A stretch of 64,000 nt of DNA from Octopus bimaculoides (lineage: Eukaryota). The notes under the pieces were generated by a model. It did not search any database. It saw only the letters and a list, made by a program, of their open reading frames with translations, and was not told where the DNA came from. The stretch is taken from NCBI RefSeq assembly GCF_001194135.2, contig NC_068985.1, positions 107,509,065 to 107,573,064 of the forward strand, in the 5' to 3' direction. The position numbers and the translations under genes are program-made. This document shows, piece after piece, positions 26,050 through 39,240 of the stretch. The stretch's first letter is position 1, and every line of letters begins with the position of its first letter.

Positions 26050-26820
26050 TATTATCAACACCGTATTATAATGTGTAATAACTATAAAGATATTGCAGTG
26101 TGTGATACCTACTAGGATATTAGAGTGTGTTTGACAATCAAGATATTAGAGGATATATTATAACCACCTATAGATCACAGTGTGTGTGATAATTATCCAG
26201 ATATGTGTGGGAAGACCACCATTACATAAGAATGTAAGATCTTAGAATATAACCAGCAGGATATTAACCAGTATAACCAGTAAGAAGTTAGTGTGATAAC
26301 CGGTAAGACATTAAAGTGTTTGCATCATAACCACCATGATATTAATACATGTATTATAACCATCAAGATATTACAGTGTGGATAATAAGCATCAAAATGT
26401 TTGACTGCATCTGATAACCACCAAGATGTTACAGTAGTTGTGTGATAACCACTTAGATATTTTATCATGTATGATAACAACTAAAGTATGATAATGTGTG
26501 TGATAATTTCTATTATTTGTGAGCATGTGTTATAGCCACAAGGATTTTAGAGTGTGGGATAAATACCAAGATATTAGAGTGTGTGTGTTAACCATTACAG
26601 TGTTTATGATAAACATTAAAATATTAGAGTGTGACAACCATTAGGATACTGCAGTCTGTATGATAACCACCAGCATACCATAAGGTGTGTGATATAGTCT
26701 CTTAGCTTTTACAGTGAGTGAGATATTACAGCATATATTATAACTAGCAAAATATTGCAATGTGTGTTGATGGTCACAAAGATATAAGAGTGTGAGAGAT
26801 ACCTACTGAGACATTAAAGT
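26050..26820 (+). repeat. Degenerate ~29-bp minisatellite
   Basis: Recurring aagatattacagtgtgtgataaccac-like units. Similar decayed arrays at 11220-11680 and 48700-48840. Confidence 0.55.
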
Positions 26821-26825
26821 GTATA

Positions 26826-27138
26826 CAGGGTGTGCAGGCTAACTTTATCAGTTTGCACAAAAGGAAAAGAAAACAATATCCCATCCAAAACTAAAAATCG
26901 AAAAACAACAACAACAACACTAGATTGTAGCTGGGGGATAACAGTTTACTCAAAGTAGCCACCTACAGCGTCTGTGACAACTTCAATAAAACTCTAGAAC
27001 CTGCAGCATGCATTCTTCATTGATTCTCTGGGAAGATCTTTGAACACCTTCTTGATCTTGACCACCAGCTCTGACTTGGCATTGCAGGCAGAGTGGTTGA
27101 TGTTTTTCTCAACTGTTCCCCACACATACTAATCCAGT
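26826..27138 (-). mobile_element. maT/DD37D-like transposon 3' end with TIR
   Basis: TA-CAGGGTGTGCAGGCTAAC terminus. Minus-strand translation VWGTVEKNINHSACNAKSELVVKIKKVF...IEVVTDAVGGYFE*. Confidence 0.75.
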
Positions 27139-27515
27139 GAATATGATAAAATAAATATTTATTAACATCATAAGTTACACATTTTCACCCATATCAGAAT
27201 TGAGAGAAATCTTGATAAGCTAACTGCTTCTATGCAATTCAAAGATTTGCAACTAACATTGCTAAGAATGTAAATAAAAATATATATATATAAAAAAAAA
27301 GGAGTGAAACAGGTAGAATATTGAGTACAATTGTTTCATAACTTGCTGATGTTCAAATCCTGTGACTATGTAAACTTCATCAAAGTGTCTTAGCCTGAAG
27401 AATAGCTGCACTGAGAAGCATTCATTGCATAACTGAATGTCAGAAAATCATGAAACAACTGTAGTCAATGTTCTACCAGTGTTCCACTCCTTATATTTTT
27501 GGGAAATATATATAT

Positions 27516-27820
27516 ACTAGCAGTGTAGCCCGGCGTTGCCCGAGAAATTTAATTGATTTTAGTAATACTTGAAATCGATGTCATTGCGTTCTTCTCGTAC
27601 TGATGTATAAATAACTTAGATATAAAATGGGTGAATGTGGCAGAAAATGTATATTTTGAATTAAAATTTATTTGTTCCTGAATTTTTTAACATATTTCAA
27701 TTTCGTAAATCATCATTACTCTTTTGAAAGTTGAAGAATTTCCGAGATGTTGTAAAAGGATATTAATAATAATAATAGTAATAATAATGTAATAGAAACA
27801 CATTCACACACACACATACA
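27516..27820 (+). mobile_element. Helentron/DINE-like non-autonomous element
   Basis: 5' ACTAGCAGTGTAGCCCGGCGTTGCCCG after (TA)n. A related start TTAGCTGACGTACCC occurs at about 43047. Confidence 0.45.
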
Positions 27821-28689
27821 GAAGAGTTAAGAAGAAGAGTGAAATCTTATGGCAGTGCATGAGGAGAAAGCAGAACTTTTGCATTTAAGTAGTCATACAA
27901 TACCTCTCTCACTTGTTGTTAGATAAATTTGGCAATGACATTAATAATTGCTGCTGATACTGTTAGTGTTGCTGTTGGTAGCTGTTGCAAAGTAAATCAC
28001 TGTTCAGACACACTGTCTGTGATTATATCCAATCGAGGTTATAATTGGATATTCATGAGACAAGCAAAGACAAGTGAGGGGGATAATGAAGTAACCAGCA
28101 ACTTAATCTGAAAGGCAGTGAAGTTATGATGTGATGTATTTTAAATTTAATTGTAGTGGTGGAGAAGGTGTAGGTGTGGTAGGAGTGGAGTGGGGTGCAG
28201 TGGTGGTGGTGGTGGTGGTGGTGGTGGTGGCCATCATTGCTGCCATCATCGTCATCGCTGTCATCATCATTATGATCATCGTCTCCATCATCATCACCAT
28301 TATCATCGTCATCATCATCACCATCGTCATCACCATCATCATGGTGGCAGTGGTGGTGGTGGTGATGGTAACAGTCGTGGCAATGATAGTAGTGGAGGTG
28401 GTGATGTTACTGGTAATTGTGGTGGTGTAGAGTCAAGTTCTCTTAAAGCTTGCATTATCATGTGATACATGACAACCAAATAATCAACGATGTCTAATAG
28501 TTTACAATCATGTAAAATGCAATTACTGTTAGTGGGGACGGCAGTGGAGCTATTAGGTTGTCTTGGAAGTTATCAAGCATTATCACGCACACTCTGATAT
28601 CTCAGTGGTTATATTACTGTAATATATTGGTGTTATCACACACATTGGATATCATGGTGATTGTCATCCTTTTCTGTATCACTTTTACT

Positions 28690-29110
28690 TCTCTCAGTAA
28701 TAGGAGTGTGGCCATGCTGGGTTACTACCTTGGAGGACATTTTTTAGTCAAGCACATCAACTCCAGTATATATTTTTAAGCTTTGTACTTATTCTATAGA
28801 TATCTTCTGCTGGACTACTAAGTTACAGGGACATAAACAAACCAGCACCAGTTATCAAATGGTGGGTGGGAGGTGAACAAACACAGATGCAGAGATAAAC
28901 ACATATATACATACATGCATGCATGCACACACACACATATACCTAGGTTGGGCTTCCACACAATTTCCATCTACCAAATTCACTCACAAGGCATTGATCA
29001 GTCTGAGGTTATAGTAGAAGACACTTGCTCAAAGTGCCATGCAATGGAATGAGCCTGAAACCATGTGGATAGAAAGCAAACTTTTCAACCACACAGCTAT
29101 GCTTGCACCT
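28690..29110 (-). mobile_element. SINE family A, diverged
   Basis: Colinear but more mutated. Confidence 0.7.
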
Positions 29111-29111
29111 A

Positions 29112-29965
29112 CAGGGATTTCAGGCTAAATTTGAGGATTTTTATGCCTTTTTTTCTTCTAATTTCTAAGGACAGCTTGATGTACTGGTGAACAGTCAACA
29201 ACATTGAAGAGCATAGTGATTAAGGTTATAGGTGAGAAAAAGTTAACTGACATGGAGGACTGGAAGCCATCTGAATATTGAAAAAGAGTTACCCGTATCT
29301 TGATGGTTCATGCTAGGTATCAAAATGCTGATATCATGGATACTGCTCAATGCTCTGTGAACACTGTAAAGGCTGTAAGATATGACATGGACAGCTCAGG
29401 CATAGACTACAAAGCCAGCTGTGGCCAGCAGGAAGGGACACAACAGGTGTTCTGTCAGCATCCACATACTAGAATTCATCCAACAACAGCAGGACGAGGT
29501 GATGGAAGACCTGAGGAAAGGAATCCAAGTTTTGGCAAAAGAGATGGGTATCGGAGTCACCACCATGAAGCTGACCCTGAATGAGGACTTTTGCAACCAC
29601 TTGTACAAGAGTTGCAAGATACCATTTTTGGCAGCTAAGTCCAAGGAAAACTACTTGAAAAAGGCAAAGAATCTCCTGAATAAGCAGAGACATCCTGTTG
29701 AGCCAGGGATGATGTGATTCTTCTCAGATGAAAAGAACTTCTGTCAGGGCCTGTTGCACAAGACCCAGAACAACAGGTGGCCAGCCTACAATCCATGTGA
29801 TGTCCCCATGTATCATGAAAAATAGGTTTCCCCAAACTATAATGGTCTTTGGGTGTGTCTCTAGTGTGGGTGATGTCATGCCACCTCACATCTTTGAACA
29901 GGGCCTTTGGCTCAATTCAGATGGCTATACAAAGCTGCTGGAGATTGTGGTCAAATCATGGCTGC
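29112..29965 (+). mobile_element. Decayed maT/DD37D-like transposon 5' half
   Basis: TA-CAGGGATTTCAGGCTAAAT terminus related to the 26826 TIR. HTH region, FFSDEKNF and FPQTIMVFGCVSSVGDVMPPHIFEQGL. Confidence 0.85.
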
Positions 29966-30716
29966 TGTTAGACAAAGACAAAGCTGAGAATAGAAGAGAC
30001 AACGAAAGTTCTACTTAATTTGATTATAAAAATTATTATTAAAGGGTTGGGACTCAGAGAGGATGGTCTGCAGATTATTACTGATAATAATCCTAATTGT
30101 GAGTGTAACATAAAAATTACAAGAGGAGCTTACAATGAGCTCAGTTCCTATACTGATCTATACAAAGAGATGATGCATCGTAAACAACAAACAACTTCTT
30201 CACTCCCCAAAAGTGATGTTCATGATAATGAGCTATAAGGTATTGTTCCTCATCCTCCAAGTCACACTCGTTCCATCACCCCACCTCACACTGTAGTCAA
30301 CACCTCTGATAAGAACATATGCTTCAATACTGCGATTCTTATCAAATCCCTGACTTATTCTTCTTGAGATGTCTTTGTATTTTTATATATCTGTATTGTA
30401 CTGTGTGTTTAGAAGTGGTTATTTTCATGTGTAAAGGCAATTGTGTTGCTTGTCCTTTGTTGTTTTCTTGTGCTCTTTTTACAGCCAAATTTTCAGGAAT
30501 GCATAACTTCCATAAAGCAAGGGATTCCTGTATGTATACATATACATCATCATCATCATCGTTTAATGTCCGCTTTCCATGCTAGCATGGGTTGGGCAAT
30601 TTGACTGAGGACTGATGAGCCAGATGGCTACACCAGGCTCCAATCTGATTTGGCAGAGTTTCTACAGTTGGATGCTCTTCCTAATGCCAACCACTCCGTA
30701 TATATATGTATATATA

Positions 30717-30764
<48 letters not shown>

Positions 30765-31827
30765 TATATATACTCCGTATACATATATATNNNNNNNNNN
30801 NNNNNNNNNNNNNNNNNNNNNNNNNNNNNNNNNNNNNNNNNNNNNNNNNNNNNNNNNNNNNNNNNNNNNNNNNNNNNNNNNNNNNNNNNNNNNNNNNNNN
30901 NNNNNNNNNNNNNNNNNNNNNNNNNNNNNNNNNNNNNNNNNNNNNNNNNNNNNNNNNNNNNNNNNNNNNNNNNNNNNNNNNNNNNNNNNNNNNNNNNNNN
31001 NNNNNNNNNNNNNNNNNNNNNNNNNNNNNNNNNNNNNNNNNNNNNNNNNNNNNNNNNNNNNNNNNNNNNNNNNNNNNATATATATATATATAAATGGCCA
31101 CACACCCTGGTGAAGAGGATTGGTCTGCAAGAGTCATGTGCTGGTGTCACACAGAAGACACTTGTGCCAGTGCCATGTAAAAATGCTTGTGTGGTGCCAT
31201 ATTAAAAGCACCCAGCACACACTGTAAAGTGGTTGGCATTAGGAAGGGCATCCACCCATAGAAACCATGCCAAATCAGACTAGAACCTGGTGCAGTTCTC
31301 CGGTTTGCTGGCTCTGGTCGAACTGTCCAACCCATGCCAGCATGGAAGACAGACATTAAAGATGATGATGTAGAATAAATTTTCCAACTTGAGGGCAGTA
31401 ATTAAAGATTTCACCTTTTAAGTTCAAGAAGTCACCTGGACCATGAAAGGTTTTTAGAATTATTCTCCTCTCAGCTAAGCAAAGTCTACACTAACTGCTT
31501 CTGTTCAGGTATGTCTCAGGTTCCTGCAGCTTTCAGTTAGTTTTTTATTGTGTTCCTTCGTCTTTTATTCACCATATTTATAGGCGGCTAATGCTCCACC
31601 TCTCTTGGACTCATGACAAACGAGAAACTCCTGCCTAGTGAGTCTGTAGTCTTGAGACAGACTTTTTTTGCATACATAGGTGTGTGTGTGTGTGTGTATG
31701 CATGTGTGTGTGTGGGTGCAAATAAAAAAAATATATGTATAACATATACATATATGGTATCATCATCATCATCATAGCCATCTTCCTCCTCATCATCATT
31801 ATCATTGTCATCGTCATCATCATTGTC

Positions 31828-31867
<40 letters not shown>

Positions 31868-32395
31868 TTTACAGTTTAAATGAAGAACACTTGAATACAA
31901 AAAAACCAAGTCACACAGTGAAAGAAACAAATAATATCTTCTATAACATTTATTGATCATTTTCCTCACAGACAGACATTCGTATTAAAATATATGGCTA
32001 CACGTCACAACTCATAAATAATAATACTCACACATAACTTTCTTTACATTTTCAGTGATGGAGCTGTGTAGTCATATAACCATTATGAATGTTTAACAGC
32101 TTGGAACATAATTGCATCTGGAGAAGCTATAGAATATATGATGCAGCTTGATTTTATATCTAAATAGCTTTTCATTTTTTCGTTAGACTTTTATGATATT
32201 GTATTATTGCATTAAGTTAAATTTGTTCACTTTTATTGAGTTTTCTGAACACTTTGCTTGAAAAAAAATATTCTAGGTATAACTGCAAAGTACTTATTTC
32301 AATAGCTGCTATAAACGCGCGCACGCGCGCGAGGTGTGCGTGTGAGGTGTTTGCATGTGTGTGTGTGTGTGTGTGTGTGTATCTATCTATCTATC

Positions 32396-32426
<31 letters not shown>

Positions 32427-32500
32427 ATGTCAAATCATCCAACCCATGCCAGCAGGAGAGTGGACGTTAAATGATGATGATATATATATATGTGTGTGTC

Positions 32501-32543
<43 letters not shown>

Positions 32544-33339
32544 CCTGGTGCAATGCCTCAGATTACTAGTTTTCAGTCAAACCATCCAACCCATGCCAGC
32601 ATGGAAAGTGAACGTTAAATGATGATGATGATGATATGTATGTGTGTGTGTGTGTGTGTGTGTGTGACTGAACAAACAATAGAAAGTGGTACTCAACACA
32701 TTTGGTAAGAGTTACATTTGTTGTTTTATAACAATCAAACTGTTATTAAAACATATATATATATATATATGTGCGTGTTAGTATCACGCACATCACCATT
32801 GTTAGTATCGTTTTTGTGTCGACATATCAATGTTTGCATGAATCAGATGGAATTCATTGAAGCAGACTTTCTTTGTCTGGATGCCTTTCTAATTGTTAAT
32901 CCTCAAATAATTCCAGGCAAGCTAATATTTCCAAATGGCCAGACATGTTTCCATAGAAGATTGAAAATGAATGACACTATTTATATGACAATGATGCTTG
33001 TTTACAACAATCACATGATGACATAAACAAGACACACACACACACACATGCATACAGACATACATATGTACATACATACATGTATGCATTCACACACAAC
33101 ATGTTTCTTTTGGCTTCTGTCTGCTAGACCCAGTCACAAGGGTTTAGTTAATCCAGAACTATAGTAGAAGACACTTGTCCAAGAACACCACCTCATTGTG
33201 ATTAGACCAACTATTATCTAAATTACTAATTCTAGTCTCTAGCAATAGGAAGCAGACCAGAATTTGGCATTTAAATAATGATTGTTCTCATCACTGTTGG
33301 TGTTTCCATCCATCCATCCATTTTCTCTACCTATTATTT

Positions 33340-33660
33340 CTAGGAAGGTTGGGGCTAGAGTTCTCAGGCACCTCTTTCATAGGGTCCTATGAAAAGCAAC
33401 TGTCATCAGACTTTCCAATTGGATTCCCAAGTGTGACCAACTGAAATTAATGATATTGTTTGATCATCTTGCTCTTGTCTACCCCCCAGGTAGACAAGAC
33501 ATGCCAGTTGGCAAGACATGCCAGTTGGCATGTCTTGCAGAATCCTCTTACAGTTCTTTCCTGTGACATTCTAATCCCATGTCTATAGTGCTGGAGCTGT
33601 GACCTTTCGATGCGGAGAAGCAGCAGTTCAATCTGGAGAGACTATTTGATTGCTGAACTA
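33340..33660 (-). mobile_element. Decayed RTE LINE C-terminal fragment
   Basis: Remnant similarity to the RTE GRPRTRW tail region. Confidence 0.35.
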
Positions 33661-33820
33661 TGCACCCTGTTGAATAATGGTGTAATATCATTTAATTAGA
33701 TATTTTTATTTTACTAAATCATGAACCAAAGTACCCACTTTACAATTAATTTTTCATGCAGAAACATCCAGCACACTCTGTAAAGTGGCTGGCATTAGGA
33801 AGGGCATCCAACCACACCCA

Positions 33821-34064
33821 CGGGCATATAGGTAATGGTTAAAAGTGCAGGCTACTAACCCCAAAATTCCAACTTTGATTCCAGGTAGTGACCTGAATAA
33901 TAATAATAGTAATAATAACATTGAAAAACACCTTAGGAATGAGAACCCAAGTTCAAAATTTCCCCAAGACACCTGATGAAGGCTGGAGGGTATATCAGCC
34001 AAAACATTGTGTAAACAACAAACAAGATGAGGACAAATATCCGTCAATTGTAAATAATGTAAAT
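33821..34064 (+). mobile_element. Second, older copy of the tRNA-HHR SINE
   Basis: Colinear with 12241-12520. HHR at 33968-34012 has CTGATGA intact but GAAACG changed to AAAACA. Confidence 0.8.
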
Positions 34065-34294
34065 AGTATTATTAAGCAGTCTTGTATATTGTACACCTAT
34101 TAAACTCTCTCAATATCATAAAGTGCTCTATTGCTTGCATTTGTCATTATTCAGTAACACACACACACACACATTGAGCAAATACATAAACTGTTATTGA
34201 CTTTAAAAACTCTTTTTGTTGCTTTCTCATTTTCAATCTTACATACTTTTAGTGGTTTACTGCAAGCTCCATTAGTTAAAAATTTATTGAAATG

Positions 34295-34580
34295 ATCAGA
34301 GCAGGCTTCAACCTTCTTTCCTTTAAATCAGGTGCCAACTGCTGAGGTACATGCTTAACATGCACTTTCCAATGTCTAAAGTCTTCTACCATCATCTGCA
34401 ATGCATTGTAACCACAGTCTCATTGTGCATCGTTCCACATGAATCTATTTCTTCATTTGCTGATCATTCATGTCAGTGGTCACAGTTGATGATCTCCCAC
34501 TGCATAGTTTGGTATTGATTAATAATAGAAGAAAAGCTATGCCCATCTTTGCTTAACTTTTGAGCCAACTTTTCTACTTC
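34295..34580 (-). mobile_element. Decayed mariner transposase N-terminal fragment
   Basis: SGRSSTVTT and KVHVKHVPQQL resemble mariner SGRPST and KVCARWVP motifs, frameshifted. Confidence 0.5.
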
Positions 34581-36219
34581 TATAATTTACAATGACATTT
34601 ATTACAATGTAAGACATTTTGCTTTCACTTCCCTATATCACTATTTCCTATCATTTGTTACCATTAGCTGTCCGGCAATTATTAGCATTATATAGTGGGA
34701 GCCATATCTATTAACATTTGAGTAAAAAAATGGCATAACTTGAGTGTGTGCTGCCTAGAGTAGGCCTTAAGTCTCCCACTCTTCCACTGTCCCCTATACA
34801 GACTTATACAACAGACCAAAAAGTGCTGACCTCATAAAAGTGCTTCTTGGGGTAGACTGCTCTCATTGCTCTCTCCACCCCTGCCAGCTATGTTACTGGA
34901 GACCAATATGATAATATAACTTACCTAAGAGCATTACATGATGCTTATAGTATGGTTTTAACCTCTGTCCAGATGCATCAGTGTCACGGACACTGCTGTC
35001 TAAATACAAAACAACTGAGTGGAGATAGTATTAATCTTCCACCTCTTAGGTCATGAGTTCAATATACTATATGAGCCATCGTATTTGAGTGTTAGGTTTA
35101 ACCCTTTTCTTACCATATATTTAATGAAATACATTGCTATGTTTCAATTAATTTTGAAAATAATGAAGAATTTAGTAAAATAACTGTCATTATTAATCTG
35201 GTGATAGGAACATGAATTAACACGGTTTTAATTTCGATAATTTAAATAATTTTCATAGAACCAAGGGCAATCTTGGGTGGGCTGGTACCAAAAGGGTTAA
35301 TTTCACCCATCTCAGGTTACTTTGTTGCTGGGATTAGATGCCAATCATTGATACTTAATTGGAATAAATGTTCTCCACTACTTCCAATCTATGAAGTTGT
35401 TTGTGTGTGTGCATGCGTGTATGTGTGTGTGGTGGGCTGTGTGTTTATGAGCAGGCATACATTAGCAGCCATATTATGACTTTGTGTGATCATATATGGA
35501 CTCTTAGCCTGTTGGTAATAGTTAAATCTCTGTTTTCACACACAGCATTTTTTTTTTTTTTAATGGGCACATTGAATAATGTAGTCCAAGAATTACAATG
35601 CCTGAAAAATAGATGAGGAGGTCATAGCTGAAATGCTTTTTAATTGTAGGCTTGCAGAACCAGGACTGAGCTGAGGCTGCACAACAACAACTTGATAACA
35701 CTTCAAAGTATTTCCTTTTCCCATCCCACACATCCTTCTACCTGTTTGTCTCTCTCTCTCTCTCTCTCTCTCTTCCATCCTGATATTCATTGTCAAAACA
35801 ACACCACACAGCAGCTATTGTTCTCTTTATAGAAAGCTCATAAACAATTGTTATCTTTATCAAAACACAACTAACTAGGTTGTGGTCATTATTGTTATCA
35901 TCATTGATGTTGTAGCCATCATCATCATCTCCATCAGCATTGTTGCCCCCTCTGCTGCAGCCACCACCGCCACCATCATTATCTCTAGCAGTAGCAACAG
36001 TCAATGTAATTGACTTGCCCCTCTCCTTGTGCTACTCTTCTTCTTCATCATCTTCTATTTCATTATCATTTAGGATTCAAATTTCACTGAGTTGACTTTG
36101 CTTCTCAACCTCTCTGGGTCAAATAAAAAGAATACCAGTCAGATACTGGGTGCAATGTCATCAGCTAGTGCCCACTTCCAAATTTCAGGCTTCTTGTCGA
36201 TGGTAGAAAGAATTATCGC

Positions 36220-36268
<49 letters not shown>

Positions 36269-36289
36269 GTTGTTGTTGTTGTTGTTGTA

Positions 36290-36950
36290 AAGTGGCAAGC
36301 TGGCTGAAACGTTAGCATGCCGGGTGAAATGCTTAGCAGTATTTTGTCTGTCTTTACGTTCTGAGTTCAAATTCCACCAAAGTTGACTTTGCCTTTCTTC
36401 CTTTCAGGGTCAATAAATTAAGTACCAGTTGTGTACTGGAGTTGATCTAATCGACTGCCTCCCCTCCCCCAAAATTTCGGGCCTTGTGCCTAGAGTAGAA
36501 AAGATTATTATTATTATTGTTCTAAGACAGCAAGCTGGCAGAAACGTTAGCACGCCAGGCGAAATGCTTAGCGGTATTTCGTCTGCCATTACATTCTGAG
36601 TTCAAATTCCGCTGAGGTCGACTTTGCCTTTCATCCTTTTGGGGTCGATTAAATAACTACCAATTATGCACTGGGGTTGATATAATCGACTTAATCCTTT
36701 TGTCTGTCCTTGTTTGTCCCCTCTATGTTTGGCCCCTTGTGGGCCATATAGAAATAAGAAATATTAGCACACTGGATAAAATGCTTAGTGCTATTTTGCC
36801 CGTTGTCACGTTCTGAGTTCAAATTCCGCTGAAGTTGACTTTGCCTTTCATTCTTTTGGGTCGTTAAAATAAGTACCAGTTGAACACTGGGGTTGATATA
36901 ACTGACTCATCCTCACCTCTGCCAAGCTGCCCTTGTGGCAAAAAACTTGA
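36290..36950 (+). mobile_element. Three tandem copies of tRNA-like SINE family C
   Basis: gagctggcagaaacgttagc...ctgagttcaaattcc repeated at about 36290, 36522 and 36765. Minus-strand copies at 15297-15440, 23172-23390, 25650-25815 and 36075-36215. Confidence 0.8.
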
Positions 36951-37069
36951 AATAATTATCATTATTATTATTTTAAGGCAGTGACCTGACAGAAACATTT
37001 CATGTGAAACAACCTAATATTATTGATATTATTATCATTATTCCTGTTATTATTATATTTATTAATTAT

Positions 37070-37560
37070 TATTTTGGTTCCACTCAAGTTCGGTCTTATT
37101 CCTGCTAGGAATTATGTGGGTAGCAGGTTACCTGTAACCTTAGGTATCCGCAAGTTTTCAGCAGTCTTTCAAGTGCTTAGAACCCTCCCAATAATCCTTG
37201 CTGTCCCTAAGAGACAAACTTTCTACAGGAGCTCCACCAGGTATTCTATTCCAATTTCCTTCAACCATTTGTCTACATCTTTGCTGACTGTTCTCAATGC
37301 ACCAATTATTATAGGCATGCCCTTTACTGTTCACATGCTCCATGTTCTTCCTATTTCAAATTTTAAGGGATTGTATTTTTTTTTTGTTTTACTTTCTCTT
37401 TCATTATGATTCTGGAATCAAACAGGCATGATGGGGTCAATAAGTAAGCAAATTTGTTTTTCCTTATCTATAATCATTATGTCTAGTCTAGTATTTTCTA
37501 ATTGCTTGTCTGTTTGAATAGCAAAGTTGCACAACGTCTTACATTTCTGTGTCCATTTAA
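37070..37560 (-). mobile_element. R4/NeSL-type non-LTR retrotransposon 3' end (restriction-like endonuclease)
   Basis: NFAIQTDKQLENTRLDIMIIDKEKQICLLID ... PIIIGALRTVSK ... KVCLLGTARIIGRVLST*, followed by an (ATA)n tail. Confidence 0.8.
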
Positions 37561-37569
37561 ATAGGAAAG

Positions 37570-38650
37570 TCTCACAAAATCCTATGTTGCACCAGCAAGA
37601 TCACGGCCTTACATTGACTAAAAGGGGAAGTAAAGCGAAACCCACCATCTATTATATGTGATACAGATTTTGCTGATGGCATAGCTTCTTTATCAAATAC
37701 TATTGATGAAATTCAAGAACTTTTTCTCTGCCAAGAAAATTGTTCTACACATAAGTGTTGCCAAGACAGAGTACTTGTCACTCAACCAAGAAGATGGAAA
37801 TCTTATCACACTGGATGGTGGAATACTAAACTGAGTTGATGACTTTTCTATATTTGGGCAACTGGATGATGATGATGATCATCATCATTGTCGTTTAACA
37901 TCCGCTTTCCATGCTAGCATGGGTTGGATGATTTGACTGAGGAATGGTGGACCAGGAGGTGACACCAGGCTCCAATCTGATTTGGCAGAGTTTCTACAGC
38001 TGGATGCCCTTCCTAATGCCAACCACTCCGAGAGTGTAGTGGGTGCTTTTACGTGCCACAGGCACGAGGGCCAGTCAGGTGGGTACTGGCAACGGCCATG
38101 CTCGAAATGGTGTAGTTTACGTGCCACCTGCACAGGAGCCAGTCAAGGGACGGCACTGGCAATGATCTCGCTCGAATGTCTTTACACGTGCCACTGGCAC
38201 AAGTGCCAGTTAGGCGACGTTGGTAAGGTAGGCGACATAAGTTCATCAAAAAAAGACATTGACATTAGAATTACTGAAGCCTGGGCTGCAATGAACAAAA
38301 CAGAAAAGATATGGAAGTCAGATTTATGCAGAAAAATCAAAATATTCTTCAGCACATCCATCCATTGAGTCAGTGTTGTTGTATGGATCAGGTACATGGC
38401 CCCTGACACAAACACACGAGAAGAAACTAGATGTTGCATACACTAAAATGCTTAGGGTTGTAGAAAACATAAACTGGTGTCAATGTATTACAAACGAAAT
38501 TTTATATGGAAACTTGCTCAAGATAACAACTATAATTGTTTAAAGGTAATTATGATTTGCAGGACATTGCTGGAGAAGTAAGCAGGAAGTTATACACAGG
38601 ACACTATTGTGGGAACTGATTCACAAGAAACGCAGTAGAAGAAGACCTAT
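37570..38650 (+). mobile_element. Decayed RTE LINE interrupted by a SINE-B copy
   Basis: FADGIASLSNTIDEIQEL before the SINE and SSKKDIDIRITEAWAAMNKTEKIWKS after it. Confidence 0.8.
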
Positions 38651-38799
38651 TGGGTTCAATGTAATCGACTTGCCAGCCTTGTACATATATATATTTATAT
38701 GTATGTATTCTATATACATATACATGCTTTGATAAGTGCTAATGTACGAAACTCCGCCTTTGACGTGCTCTGCTGATTATTTATAAAAAAATATGCATA

Positions 38800-38964
38800 G
38801 ACGTAGGAGTGGCTGTGTGGTAAGTAGCTTGCTTACCAACCACATGGTTCCGGGTTCAGTCCCACTGCGTGGCACCTTGGGCAAGTGTCTTCTATTATAG
38901 CCTCGGGCCGACCAAAGCCTTGTGAGTGGATTTGGTAGACGGAAACTGAAAGAAGCTCGTCGTA

Positions 38965-39034
<70 letters not shown>

Positions 39035-39240
39035 TGTTCTGTATTTGTCTCCCCAACATCGTTTGACAACCGATGGTGGTGTGTTTACGTCGCCGTCACT
39101 TAGCGGTTCGGCAAAAGAGACCGATAGAATAAGTACTAGGCTTACATAGAATAAGTCCTGGGGTCGATTTGCTCGACTAAAGGCGGTGCTCCAGCATGGC
39201 CACAGTCAAATGACTGAAACAAGTAAAAGAGTAAAGAGTA
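38800..39240 (+). mobile_element. SINE family A
   Basis: Full length. Partial copies also at 5792-5940, 9330-9495, 16500-16660, 39880-40200 and 51575-51715. Confidence 0.85.
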
